This document shows, piece by piece, positions 10,521 through 19,147 of a DNA stretch of 64,000 nucleotides (the first letter of the stretch is position 1; the number at the start of each line of letters is the position of its first letter). The position numbers and the translations under genes were made by a program. Under the pieces are notes generated by a model. That model saw only the letters and a list, made by a program, of their open reading frames with translations, was not told the DNA's origin and made no database searches. The stretch covers positions 32,001 to 96,000 of the forward strand of contig CAVOXA010000015.1 in NCBI GenBank assembly GCA_963700285.1. Direction: 5' to 3'. Origin of the DNA: an uncultured Chloroflexia bacterium. Lineage in GTDB: Bacteria > Chloroflexota > Anaerolineae > JAAYZQ01.

Positions 10521-11325
10521 ATGATCGAACGAGGCCATCCAGAACTCAGTGTGCGGCGCCAGTGTGAACTCATCGGCGTGAACCGCTCTTCACTGTACTA
10601 CCAGCCGGTGGGCGAATCGGCGTACAACCTGCAGTTGATGCGGCTGCTCGACGAGCAGTATACGCGGACACCGTTCTATGGCTGGCCGCGAATGACGGCC
10701 TGGCTGCGCCAAGAAGGGCACAAGATCAACCCCAAGCGTGTGCGTAGATTGATGGCTTTGATGGGTTTGCAGGCAATTCATCCGAAACGCAGAACCAGCA
10801 TCCCGGCTCCGGGTCACAAACGGTACCCGTACTTGCTGCGCGGTCTCAAGATCACGCATCCTTGTCAGGTCTGGAGCACAGACATCACGTACGTGCCGAT
10901 GCGGGGCGGTTTCATGTTCCTGGTGGCCGTCATCGATTGGTTCAGCCGATATGTCTTGGCCTGGCAACTGTCGAACACGCTGGATGGTCTCTTCTGTCGG
11001 GTCGCGCTCCGGCAAGCATTGGAGCAAGGTATAGCCGGACATCTTCAACACCGACCAAGGAGCCCAGTTCACGGCGGAGGAGTTCACCAGCATCCTGGAA
11101 GCAGCCACCGTCCGGATCAGCATGGATGGCCAAGGCCGAGCCCTGGACAACGTATTCGTCGAGCGCTTGTGGCGCACCGTCAAGTACGAGAATATCTATC
11201 TCGTGGACTATGCTTCTGTCCCGGACCTGGAAATGGGATTGCATGCCTACTTCCGTTTCTACAACCATGAACGTCTGCACCAGAGCCTGGACTATCAGAC
11301 GCCGGCAGAGGTGCACCGTGCCTGA
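10521..11325 (+). CDS. IS3 transposase OrfB (DDE integrase core), extra indel near 11030
   Basis: WSTDITY, AVIDWFSRYVLAW, NTDQGAQF (shifted frame) and DNVFVERLWRTVKYE. Confidence 0.92.
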
Positions 11326-11470
11326 TCAGCTCCTGCCCAGGCCGGCAGGCGTTCACCTTATTTTGGCCGATCCGTGGTCCAAAGAATGGGGCCAACCTCA
11401 CTTTGACTTCATCGCACGACCTCCCCTGCAAACTGTGAAATCGCAATCAAGCCGAAGCTCAAACCGGGTA

Positions 11471-11600
11471 GCCCAACAGACCGCACATCAGCCGCCGCCG
11501 GGCGAAACGACGCACCCGACAAGAACGGATCCGACAGACTACCGACACCGGCAGCAACCAAACCCTCGAGGAGGCGGTCGGCTGCATGCGCTGGTTGGTA
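11471..11600 (-). other. Integron attC-like recombination site
   Basis: Minus strand TACCAAC-cagcgcatgcagccgaccgcc...ggcggcggctgatgtgcggtct-GTTGGGC, with the same arms as the 2711-2783 site; followed by GGGGAGG and an ATG (11411) whose ORF is cut by the IS3. Confidence 0.75.
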
Positions 11601-11679
11601 GAGAACGGATACCCTCAGAACTGAAACCATACCGAGAAACACGACGGAACCTACTGACAGCACACTGCTCGAATGGGCA

Positions 11680-12400
11680 TCAGGCATCTTGCTTGACGAA
11701 TACCAGGTTAGACACCCTGCCTCCAGAATCCGAGAGACGGAAACCGGAAACCGCGTCGTTCGCATCCCGCTCAAATGCCAGCATCATAGGTTTGGCCGCG
11801 GAATGTAGTATGGGTCCTATCCAACCGTCGCAGAAGACATCGGCGATCATGGGCGTCAAGGGACTGCGGCCCTGTCTCTTGCGCTGTACAACAAGGTTGT
11901 CGCCATCTGAGCGTTATTGTCCAATAGACATCCAACTCAGGACTGTAGTAGCGTCCGGTGTATGCTCGCAGTGAATCGGGCGTTGGCACCACTGATTCTG
12001 CCCAGGCGTAGCGCGTACGGCCTGTATCGGTGTCGACCAGCACTTGTGCCGGCCCAGTTGCGGTTGCGGGACTAAAGCTCGCGCTGGCCTCTGGGAAAGC
12101 AGCGAAGATGAAGTTGTGCCTGCTCACCGGCGCCAGATCGTAGCCCAAAATCTGCAGTGTGCCATCGTTGAATTCAATGTCTATGAATGCCGACGTATCC
12201 GCATTGTAATAACGGCCCGCTTTCGCGGATAGTTGCGCTTCTTCCAGTTCGATCGTTTCGGGAATGGCGGCGGCTGGGGCATCTGGTTGTGCGTCGCCCA
12301 GATAAAGGTCCGCAACCTGCTGTGCCAGTTGTCGCGCCTTGAGCGCGCCATGATTGCCCAAAATGGCGACGCTGAAATGCTCCCCTACCCCCGCCTGCCC
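11680..12400 (-). pseudogene. C-terminal remnant of a serine hydrolase/D-aminopeptidase-like protein
   Basis: HFSVAILGN, LRAYTGRYYSPELDVYW, and ERDANDAVSGFRLSDSGGRVSNLVFVK in a shifted frame; catalytic SxxK region absent. Confidence 0.6.
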
Positions 12401-12465
12401 GGCGGCTCGGTGACTGTGGCCTTGTGTGCCATACTCCATGGCGGCCAGGATCGCTCTGAGTGCCA

Positions 12466-12504
12466 CTACTCCCCAATAATCTTGACCAACACCCGTTTCC
12501 GTCG
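12466..12504 (-). repeat. yjbQ 3'-terminal fragment ([12 protein letters not shown])
   Basis: Minus strand CGA CGG AAA CGG GTG TTG GTC AAG ATT ATT GGG GAG TAG encodes the last 12 residues of YjbQ exactly; followed by gcactcagagcgatc, similar to gcgctcagagctatc after the intact yjbQ. Confidence 0.85.
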
Positions 12505-12566
12505 CTAGCATCCAGGATTACAAAGGCGCCAAGCCAACCCTGCTCAAACTGACGGATATAGATCGG

Positions 12567-13982
12567 CTATCGCAGATGCCGCATGGCAGCTCGGGCTGCA
12601 TGGGTCCCGCACATGCCGTGCACCCCGCCCCCAGGCGGTGTGGAAGACGAGCAGAGATAGAGACCCCGGACAGGCGTAGTATAGGGATTCACGCGGACGA
12701 CAGGCCGGGTGAAGAACTGGCGCAGATCCTGTACTCCTGCGTTGATGTCGCCGCCGACATAGTTGGGATTGTACGCCTCCATCTGGCTGGCGTCCATGGT
12801 GCTCAGGGCCAGGATCCGGTCCCGAAAGCCGGGAGCAAAGCGTTCGATCTGCGCCTCCACGCGACCGGTCATGTCCTCCGTCGAGCTGTGGGGGACGTGA
12901 CAGTATGCCCAGGCCGTATGCTTGCCTTCTGGCGCGCGGGTAGCATCAAAAAGGCTCTGCTGGGCCAGGATGACGTAGGGTCGTTCCGGGTGCTCCCCCT
13001 GCCAGACGGCGGCCTCGCTCTCGGTTATCTCCTCCAGGGTGCCGCCCAGGTGCACGGTGCCGGCCCGCAAGCACTCCTCTGCCCGCCACGGAATCGGTCC
13101 GTCCAGGGCATAGTCGAGCTTGAACACGCCGGGCCCGTAGCGAAAGCGCAACAGGGCATCCCGGTACCCCGCCGGCAGACGGTCGCCCGAGATCCCGACT
13201 AGCGCGCGCGGCGAGGTGTCAAAGAGAGTCGCCCGAGCCTGGGGCAGGTCGTGGGTGGAGTGCACTGGACTGCCGGTGTGGAATTCCCCGCCCAGCGATT
13301 CCAGATGGGCGCCAAGGGCGTCGGCGATCCGCTGCGATCCGCCGCGCGCTATCGGCCAGCCGATGGCATGTGACAGCATGCCGAGGATCAGGCCAATCGC
13401 CGCCGTGGCGGGCGACGTCAGGGGGAGCATGGCATGGGCAGCCATGCCCGCAAACACGGCTCGGGCACGCTCGCCGCGAAAGACCGCTCGTGCCAGGGTG
13501 GCGGCAGGCAAAAGCGCGGTCAGCCCAAAACGGGCCATCAGCAGGGCATGCGATGGGAAGCGAAGCGGGCCGAGGACGTCGTCCAAAAGCCCCTGCCAGC
13601 CGTCGACCAGCGGCTCCATGAGCCGCCGGTAGGCGCCTGCATCCGGGCCGAGATTGGCCGCGGTCTGCTCGACGGTGCCTTCGACCATCACGGCGGTGCC
13701 GTCGTCCAGGGGATGCGCCAGCGAGGCAGGAGGGTAGACCCACTCCAGACCGTGCTGCGCGAGGGGTAGGTCCCGAAAGAAGGGCGAGGCTACGCCCAGC
13801 GGATGCAGGGCCGAGCAGACGTCGTGCATGAAGCCCGGAATGGTCAGTTGGGCCGTGCGGGTGCCCCCGCCGATGGTGGGCTTGGCCTCCAGGACGAGGA
13901 CCGACTTGCCGCCCCGAGCCAGCGTGATGCCAGCAGCCAGGCCATTGGGGCCGGAGCCCACTATCACGGCGTCGTAGGTCAT
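12567..13982 (-). CDS. FAD-dependent oxidoreductase, phytoene dehydrogenase-related (COG1233)
   Basis: YDAVIVGSGPNGLAAG and LYLCSSSTPPGGGVHGMCG; the ATG at 13982 overlaps the upstream stop (ATGA). Confidence 0.88.
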   Translation of the reverse strand: MTYDAVIVGSGPNGLAAGITLARGGKSVLVLEAKPTIGGGTRTAQLTIPGFMHDVCSALHPLGVASPFFRDLPLAQHGLEWVYPPASLAHPLDDGTAVMVEGTVEQTAANLGPDAGAYRRLMEPLVDGWQGLLDDVLGPLRFPSHALLMARFGLTALLPAATLARAVFRGERARAVFAGMAAHAMLPLTSPATAAIGLILGMLSHAIGWPIARGGSQRIADALGAHLESLGGEFHTGSPVHSTHDLPQARATLFDTSPRALVGISGDRLPAGYRDALLRFRYGPGVFKLDYALDGPIPWRAEECLRAGTVHLGGTLEEITESEAAVWQGEHPERPYVILAQQSLFDATRAPEGKHTAWAYCHVPHSSTEDMTGRVEAQIERFAPGFRDRILALSTMDASQMEAYNPNYVGGDINAGVQDLRQFFTRPVVRVNPYTTPVRGLYLCSSSTPPGGGVHGMCGTHAARAAMRHLR

Positions 13983-14716
13983 CGTGCGAACAGGCCGCGG
14001 ACCCAGCGGATGGGCAGGTACAATGTGGTACGCATCGCGGCGTTGTACCAGAGGTTGGTTGCCCTGGCCCAATATATCGTCGGATCCAGTAGGACTGCGT
14101 CCTGGTGCATCGCCTCGCCCTCGGCGCCAAAGTGGGCGGCCAAGTTGGTCAGCGTGCCTTGCCAGAACTGGTCTTCCGCCTCAACGGCGAATCCAAGCCG
14201 CTGCCCCAGTTCGTACAGCGGATCGCCGGAGCGCAGCATCGCCTGGACCTGCGCCACGGTGACGCCGTCCTCCTCGTAGGCGCTGAAGGTGATCATGCCG
14301 CCGAACATGTGGCCTTCCACGCTCAGGAAGCAGAACGACTCCTCGTCGGCATAGGCCACAAAGATGCCGGTGGCAATGGTCGTGCCCACCGGGCCCGCGA
14401 GATTCAGCACGCCAACGTCGCCGAGCTCGATCGGCCTGTCTGCGCCGTAGAAGGTGCTGCCCGGAGGCCAGAAGCCGGCGAATCGCTCTTTCCATACCCG
14501 ACAAACCTGAGCGGGGGTCGCCGCTGAGCCAGTCAGGCCGATCTGGTAGGTCCTCAGCCACAGCGGGCCAAAGCCCTTCATCGGGCCCATAGGGCGCCTG
14601 CCCTGAACGTTCAGGTTGATCGCCTCTTTGGGCAGGTCCGGTACACTCAGCCGCTCGACCGGTGTGGCCCACTGTCCCTGCGGTCCCGTCTTGAGCTCTG
14701 TCTGTTTTTCAGTCAT
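13979..14716 (-). CDS. Conserved hypothetical protein (possibly DUF1990-like)
   Basis: Long ORF with AAGGAGG RBS, translationally coupled to the downstream gene; motif EGHMFGGMITFSA. Confidence 0.65.
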   Translation of the reverse strand: MTEKQTELKTGPQGQWATPVERLSVPDLPKEAINLNVQGRRPMGPMKGFGPLWLRTYQIGLTGSAATPAQVCRVWKERFAGFWPPGSTFYGADRPIELGDVGVLNLAGPVGTTIATGIFVAYADEESFCFLSVEGHMFGGMITFSAYEEDGVTVAQVQAMLRSGDPLYELGQRLGFAVEAEDQFWQGTLTNLAAHFGAEGEAMHQDAVLLDPTIYWARATNLWYNAAMRTTLYLPIRWVRGLFAR

Positions 14717-14776
14717 GCGCGCCTCCTTGATGGTCACAATGCCGCGGGTCGCGGTGAATGGTGCAGAACCCTGGCA

Positions 14777-15127
14777 TCACAGGCTCTGCAACGCCTCGGC
14801 CTCGCCGGCGTAGACCTCCAACGCCTCATCAAGATAGGTCACCAGGAAGGCCTGCTGCAACGGGACGCCAAGTCCGCACGCCACCAGGCGCTGCTTCTGG
14901 TGTTGGGCACGCGCCAGCAGCGCGATCAGCAGCCCAAGGCCAGAGCTGTCCATAGCCTCCACTTCACCAAAGTTGAGGATGACGGTCTCCGCACCGCCGC
15001 TACTAGCTTCCTGGTACGCAGCCGTCAGCGGCTCTTCGGCAGTGCGGGTGATGGGACCCCGGAGATCAAGGATGTGAACCCGGTCGGCCGGTTCGCGGAC
15101 TGCTACTTCGAGCTTGGCTTGTACCAT
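14777..15127 (-). CDS. STAS-domain anti-sigma factor antagonist
   Basis: VILNFGEVEAMDSSGLGLLI phosphoacceptor motif. Confidence 0.88.
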   Translation of the reverse strand: MVQAKLEVAVREPADRVHILDLRGPITRTAEEPLTAAYQEASSGGAETVILNFGEVEAMDSSGLGLLIALLARAQHQKQRLVACGLGVPLQQAFLVTYLDEALEVYAGEAEALQSL

Positions 15128-15417
15128 GCTGGACCCTCCTGTTCAGTTGGCGGACACGGTGTGCCGAGAGAATGGCTCCCCGGTGCTCGATCACGCTGCC
15201 AGTGTGTCGGGGCTTGTTGTACGGGATGATCTCATTGTAATCAGTTTTATGAAAAACGCAACTCCATAAGGATGCTTGCGTGTACTTTGTCCAAATCTGT
15301 CCTGCGGGTCTCAATCCGGGATCTGAGCCTGTGATGCCCACATGGCTCGCAGCCGGGACAGGTCACCGGCTGCCTCCGTCGGTCCACCCAAGTTAGAAGC
15401 CCATGTTCAGCAGCGAC

Positions 15418-15742
15418 TTATTCACCTATGATCTTGACCAACACCCGCTTCCGCCGCCGCCCGTCAAACTCGCCGTAGAAGATGCGCTCCCAGGTGCCAA
15501 AGTCGAGGCGGCCGTTGGTCACCGCCACCACCACCTCACGGCCCATCACCTGCCGCTTCAGGTGCGCGTCTGCATTGTCCTCGCCGGTGCGGTTGTGCCA
15601 GTACTGGCTCGATCGGCGCGTGCGGTGCCAGCTCTTCGAGCCACACCTCGTAATCGTGGTGCAGGCCACTCTCGTCGTCGTTGATGAACACACTCGCAGT
15701 AATGTGCATCGCCGATACAAGGGTCAATACCCTCTTTATCAT
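15418..15742 (-). pseudogene. yjbQ: yjbQ 3' two-thirds fragment, well conserved
   Basis: [36 protein letters not shown]...[59 protein letters not shown]; one indel near 15610; lacks the N-terminal ~40 aa. Confidence 0.85.
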
Positions 15743-15828
15743 ATACCACTCTCATGCCCCTGACGGCAGAGGCCATGGCGGCCATAGGCCGCGCCCTGAG
15801 CAACCGCACTTAGGCCCTAATTCTACGA
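15721..15828 (-). repeat. yjbQ-derived ~110-bp conserved element, copy B
   Basis: See copy A; directly abuts the yjbQ 3' fragment. Confidence 0.88.
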
Positions 15829-15945
15829 TCGGAAATGAATCTTGCCATCGCTCTGCTCGCTGATAATGGGCTCCAGAATCGAGCAGGTAGCAAGGCACAG
15901 AGAGTGTGTGACTCAGATTTTCGCTGCCTGCGCTGGTATTACCCG

Positions 15946-17166
15946 CTATCTTGACATGTCAATGAGGGCCTGATAGGTAAGCGTCTGGAGTTGCTGAAAC
16001 AGGAGATATGGGCTGTGGTTAAGCTGAATCATGCAGAGGCCTATCAGTTTTTCTTGAGGATCGGCCCAGAAAAAGGTACCATGTCCGCCGTCGCCAGCAA
16101 AGGTGCCCGGTGATCCCAGAACCCCAGATTGTGCTACGTCCATCAACACACGTACACCCAAGCCATGGCCATATCCCACATGGGCAGACGGAACCATACC
16201 CGCGGGCAGATGATTGAAGGTCATCATCTGCACCGTCTTGGGACTGAGCGGGCGTGCCCCTTCCAGTTCGCCACCGTTAAGCAGCATCGTGGCAAAGCGC
16301 GCGTAATCCATGGCTGTAGAGACCAGCATACCACTGCCGGATGTCCAGCCAGTGCCGGATTCATAGGAGAAGTCCGGCGGCAAGACGTGGGGGTTGTTGT
16401 CTGATGTTTCGACTACATCGATGTTGCCACTAGCTGTGGGCTGATACAATGTCGCCAGGCGATCTTCGCTCCCTGGCGCAACCAGGTAAGCTGTATCTGT
16501 CATGCCCAGAGGTTTATACAGGCGTTCACGCAGAAAGACGTCAAACCAATCCCCAGAGAGGATTTCAACAAGGCGCGCAAGTACTTCATACGATAGGCCA
16601 TAGGTCCAGGCACTTCCGGGCTGGTGAGCGAGTGGCAATTCAGCCAATCCCTCAACCGCTTGTTGCAGCGTAACTCCGCGCTGCTTGAGTTCGTCAACTC
16701 CTCGCGTATACAGGGCCTCAATGGGTGAGCCGTCCCCAGCTCCCAAGCCAATGCCCGAAGTGTGCGTGAATAGATCCCGGATTGTGATGGGACGCTGTGC
16801 CTTTACGGTCTCATAGCCTGTTTCAGTTTCCTCCACAAATACCGCAGCATCTTCGAAAGCTGGGATGAAATTGGCGATCGGATCGTTCAGTTGGAATAAC
16901 CCCTCCTCAAACAGCATCATGAGTGCCGTCGCCGTGATTGGCTTGGTCATAGAGGCAATACGGAAGATGGTATTTCGTTGCATGGCTTTATGAGCACCAA
17001 TATCCATCATACCAGCACACTCGAAGTATACGATCTGGTTCCTCCGCGCGATCAGCGTGACAGCGCCGGCGATCTTGCCTTCATCCACATAGCGCTGCAG
17101 TGTGTCCGTGATCCGATGCAGACGTTCTGATATGAAACCGACAGTTGTAGAATCAACGATATTCAT
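15946..17166 (-). CDS. Serine hydrolase, beta-lactamase/esterase family
   Basis: FRIASMTKP (SxxK), DLFTHTSG, PGSAWTYG and FFWADPQE. Confidence 0.9.
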   Translation of the reverse strand: MNIVDSTTVGFISERLHRITDTLQRYVDEGKIAGAVTLIARRNQIVYFECAGMMDIGAHKAMQRNTIFRIASMTKPITATALMMLFEEGLFQLNDPIANFIPAFEDAAVFVEETETGYETVKAQRPITIRDLFTHTSGIGLGAGDGSPIEALYTRGVDELKQRGVTLQQAVEGLAELPLAHQPGSAWTYGLSYEVLARLVEILSGDWFDVFLRERLYKPLGMTDTAYLVAPGSEDRLATLYQPTASGNIDVVETSDNNPHVLPPDFSYESGTGWTSGSGMLVSTAMDYARFATMLLNGGELEGARPLSPKTVQMMTFNHLPAGMVPSAHVGYGHGLGVRVLMDVAQSGVLGSPGTFAGDGGHGTFFWADPQEKLIGLCMIQLNHSPYLLFQQLQTLTYQALIDMSR

Positions 17167-17299
17167 CGCATGGCTTCCCTGGATATGAGACTGAAAACCT
17201 CTTCAGGCATAAGCGAACAGCCGAGCCTCGGTCTTCAGTATGTGGACTTGCGCACTTAATAGATGTCTATGCGTCGCGCGTGTCCCCATGGCGATACGG

Positions 17300-17433
17300 G
17301 CGCGCCGGCTCGCGGAGGCCAGCGATTCGAGCCAGGCGTCGTGATCCCGGTGAACATCGCTGCCATCACCTCTTGTGAGAATGCAGGATATGACACGGAT
17401 GGCGCTCACCAGGGTCAGTTCCCTCTTTATCAT
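17300..17433 (-). pseudogene. Decayed yjbQ internal fragment
   Basis: LVSAIRVISCILTRGDGSDVHRDHDAWLESLA aligns without gaps to [32 protein letters not shown]. Confidence 0.7.
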
Positions 17434-17521
17434 ATACCACTCTCGTACCCCTGACGGCCGAGGCCATTGCTGCCATAGGCCGCGCCCTGAGCAACCAAAA
17501 CTGAACCCAGCTTTTACGACT
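17410..17521 (-). repeat. yjbQ-derived ~110-bp conserved element, copy C
   Basis: Highly similar to copy B (ccctctttatcatataccactctc...cccctgacgg...gccataggccgcgccctgagcaacc). Confidence 0.88.
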
Positions 17522-17698
17522 ACTTATGGTACTTCTAGCTCCCTTCGGATGGATCAAGATCACGAAATGAACTGGTAAATGTAAGGGCGGTTAATGCCTA
17601 TGGTTGACAATACCTTGTATAGGATACCCTTATGCGTTTTACCCAGTTTGACTCTGAAAGAGAATAGAATGATTCCGGGGCGAGAAGTGGCTTTGTGG

Positions 17699-18451
17699 TT
17701 ATTGATTCTGCATGATGAAATCCAGCATGATTTCGGCAACCTTTTCATGCTGCTCGGCTAAGCTTATTGAGGCAACAACATCACCTTTCTGGGGACCATA
17801 ATCGCCAAATTGAGCATGGCTGGCACCTTCAATGCCAACAAATACAGTGTTTGCTGGTAACAGGTGTCTCTTGTCATTCAAGTTGTCGGTGTTCGGAGAA
17901 TCATTCGTGGTACCGAAAATGGAAAGTGCAGATATGGCGTTATCTGACAAGTCAGCACTGTCGGGTGGATAAGAATCCCAGAATGCGATTGCATCTATCC
18001 TGGTTGGGTTATTCTCCGCAAATATGGCTGCTGAGGCGCCCCCCAGAGAATGCCCAGCAAGGATCCAGGTAGAAATGTCCGGATACTCGTCAATCACGGC
18101 ATTAGCAGCACCTGTATCCAATATTGCCAAGTTCAATGGCATGGGGGTGATAACGACGAGTACCCCTTCTTCTGCGATTCTACGCAGAATAGGTGCGTAG
18201 GCGGTTGGTTCTACCAAGCCGCCTGGGTAGAAGATCAATCCGGTTTCCGTCTCCTCCCCGGGTGTAAATACGATCCATTTGTCTTGTGTAATTGTTACCC
18301 TGTCCGTTGATTCAAGTGCGGACAATGCAACAGTTCTGGCAGGGTATGTTCCTGTTTTTGCCCAAACCAGCATCCCCAAGACACCAATAATGACTATCGA
18401 AACGAGACCAATGAATGCAAACCGTATGATTCTTTTTGCCTTCATACTCAA
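17699..18451 (-). CDS. Membrane-anchored alpha/beta hydrolase (Abhydrolase_5-like)
   Basis: N-terminal TM helix, IFYPGGLVEPTAY, GHSLGG and HAQFGDYGPQKGD; AT-richer than flanks. Confidence 0.85.
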   Translation of the reverse strand: MSMKAKRIIRFAFIGLVSIVIIGVLGMLVWAKTGTYPARTVALSALESTDRVTITQDKWIVFTPGEETETGLIFYPGGLVEPTAYAPILRRIAEEGVLVVITPMPLNLAILDTGAANAVIDEYPDISTWILAGHSLGGASAAIFAENNPTRIDAIAFWDSYPPDSADLSDNAISALSIFGTTNDSPNTDNLNDKRHLLPANTVFVGIEGASHAQFGDYGPQKGDVVASISLAEQHEKVAEIMLDFIMQNQ

Positions 18452-18661
18452 TCCTTAGTAATTCCGCAAAGGAAGTTTGCTATCGAGTAAACGGTTTCAG
18501 GAAGGGGGCAATTCTCCAGACCTACAAACAGAATATGGCTTTTCTCTTAGCAAGTCACCAATATCCCAATGAAAATTCGTTTGGATAATAGAGGTACCTT
18601 TCCACAGTCTCTTCTATTGCATTTCTGCCAACACCTACGCTAAAGATAGCTCTGAGCGCAC

Positions 18662-19081
18662 CTATTCGCCGATGATCTTGACCAACACCCGCTTCCGCCG
18701 CCGGCCGTCGAACTCCCCGTAAAAGATCTGCTCCCACGTGCCAAAGTCTAGCCGCCCGTTGGTCACCGCCACCACCACCTCGCGCCCCATCACCTGCCGC
18801 TTCAGGTGCGCGTCGGCATTGTCCTCGCCGGTGCGGTTGTGCTGGTACTGGCTGACCGGCGCGTGCGGCGCGAGCCCCTCCAGCCACTTTTCGTAATCGG
18901 CGTGGAGGCCGCGCTCGTCGTCGTTGATAAAGACCGACGCCGTGATATGCATCGCATTCACCAGGACCAGCCCTTCCTGAACGCCACTTTCCCGCAGGCA
19001 CTCTTCCACCTGTGGTGTGATGTTGATAAAGGCACGTCTACTGGGAACTTGGAACCATAACTCTTTTCGATAGCTCTTCAT
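18662..19081 (-). CDS. yjbQ: YjbQ/UPF0047 family protein (secondary thiamine-phosphate synthase-like), intact
   Basis: [16 protein letters not shown] and [16 protein letters not shown]; GAAGGAGG RBS. Confidence 0.93.
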   Translation of the reverse strand: MKSYRKELWFQVPSRRAFINITPQVEECLRESGVQEGLVLVNAMHITASVFINDDERGLHADYEKWLEGLAPHAPVSQYQHNRTGEDNADAHLKRQVMGREVVVAVTNGRLDFGTWEQIFYGEFDGRRRKRVLVKIIGE

Positions 19082-19147
19082 GAACCCTCCTTCTGAAATA
19101 AGTCGCTAGGGGGACTTGTCCAACTCAACAGGAGCCAATGCCTCTCC

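Larger units (their letters stand above)
10135..11400 (+). mobile_element. IS3-family insertion sequence (1266 bp)
   Basis: Terminal inverted repeats TGAGGTTGGCCCCA...TGGACCACG and CGTGGTCCA...TGGGGCCAACCTCA (TG...CA ends); orfA/orfB with an A9G slippery site at 10481-10490; no target duplication. Confidence 0.95.

Noticed and set aside
11771-12511. 246-aa ORF as a genuine gene
   Set aside because: Its first codons are an off-frame reading of the yjbQ tail fused to a serine hydrolase remnant.
12567-13982. Carotenoid biosynthesis gene crtI
   Set aside because: Belongs to the generic COG1233 oxidoreductase group and has no crt neighbours.
15946-17166. True beta-lactamase resistance gene
   Set aside because: No signal peptide; motifs fit the broad cytoplasmic esterase/serine hydrolase family.
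6380-17521. Three ~110-bp repeats as a CRISPR array or a DGR template/variable pair
   Set aside because: They are kilobases apart, too long for CRISPR repeats, differences are not adenine-specific, and there is no cas or reverse transcriptase gene.
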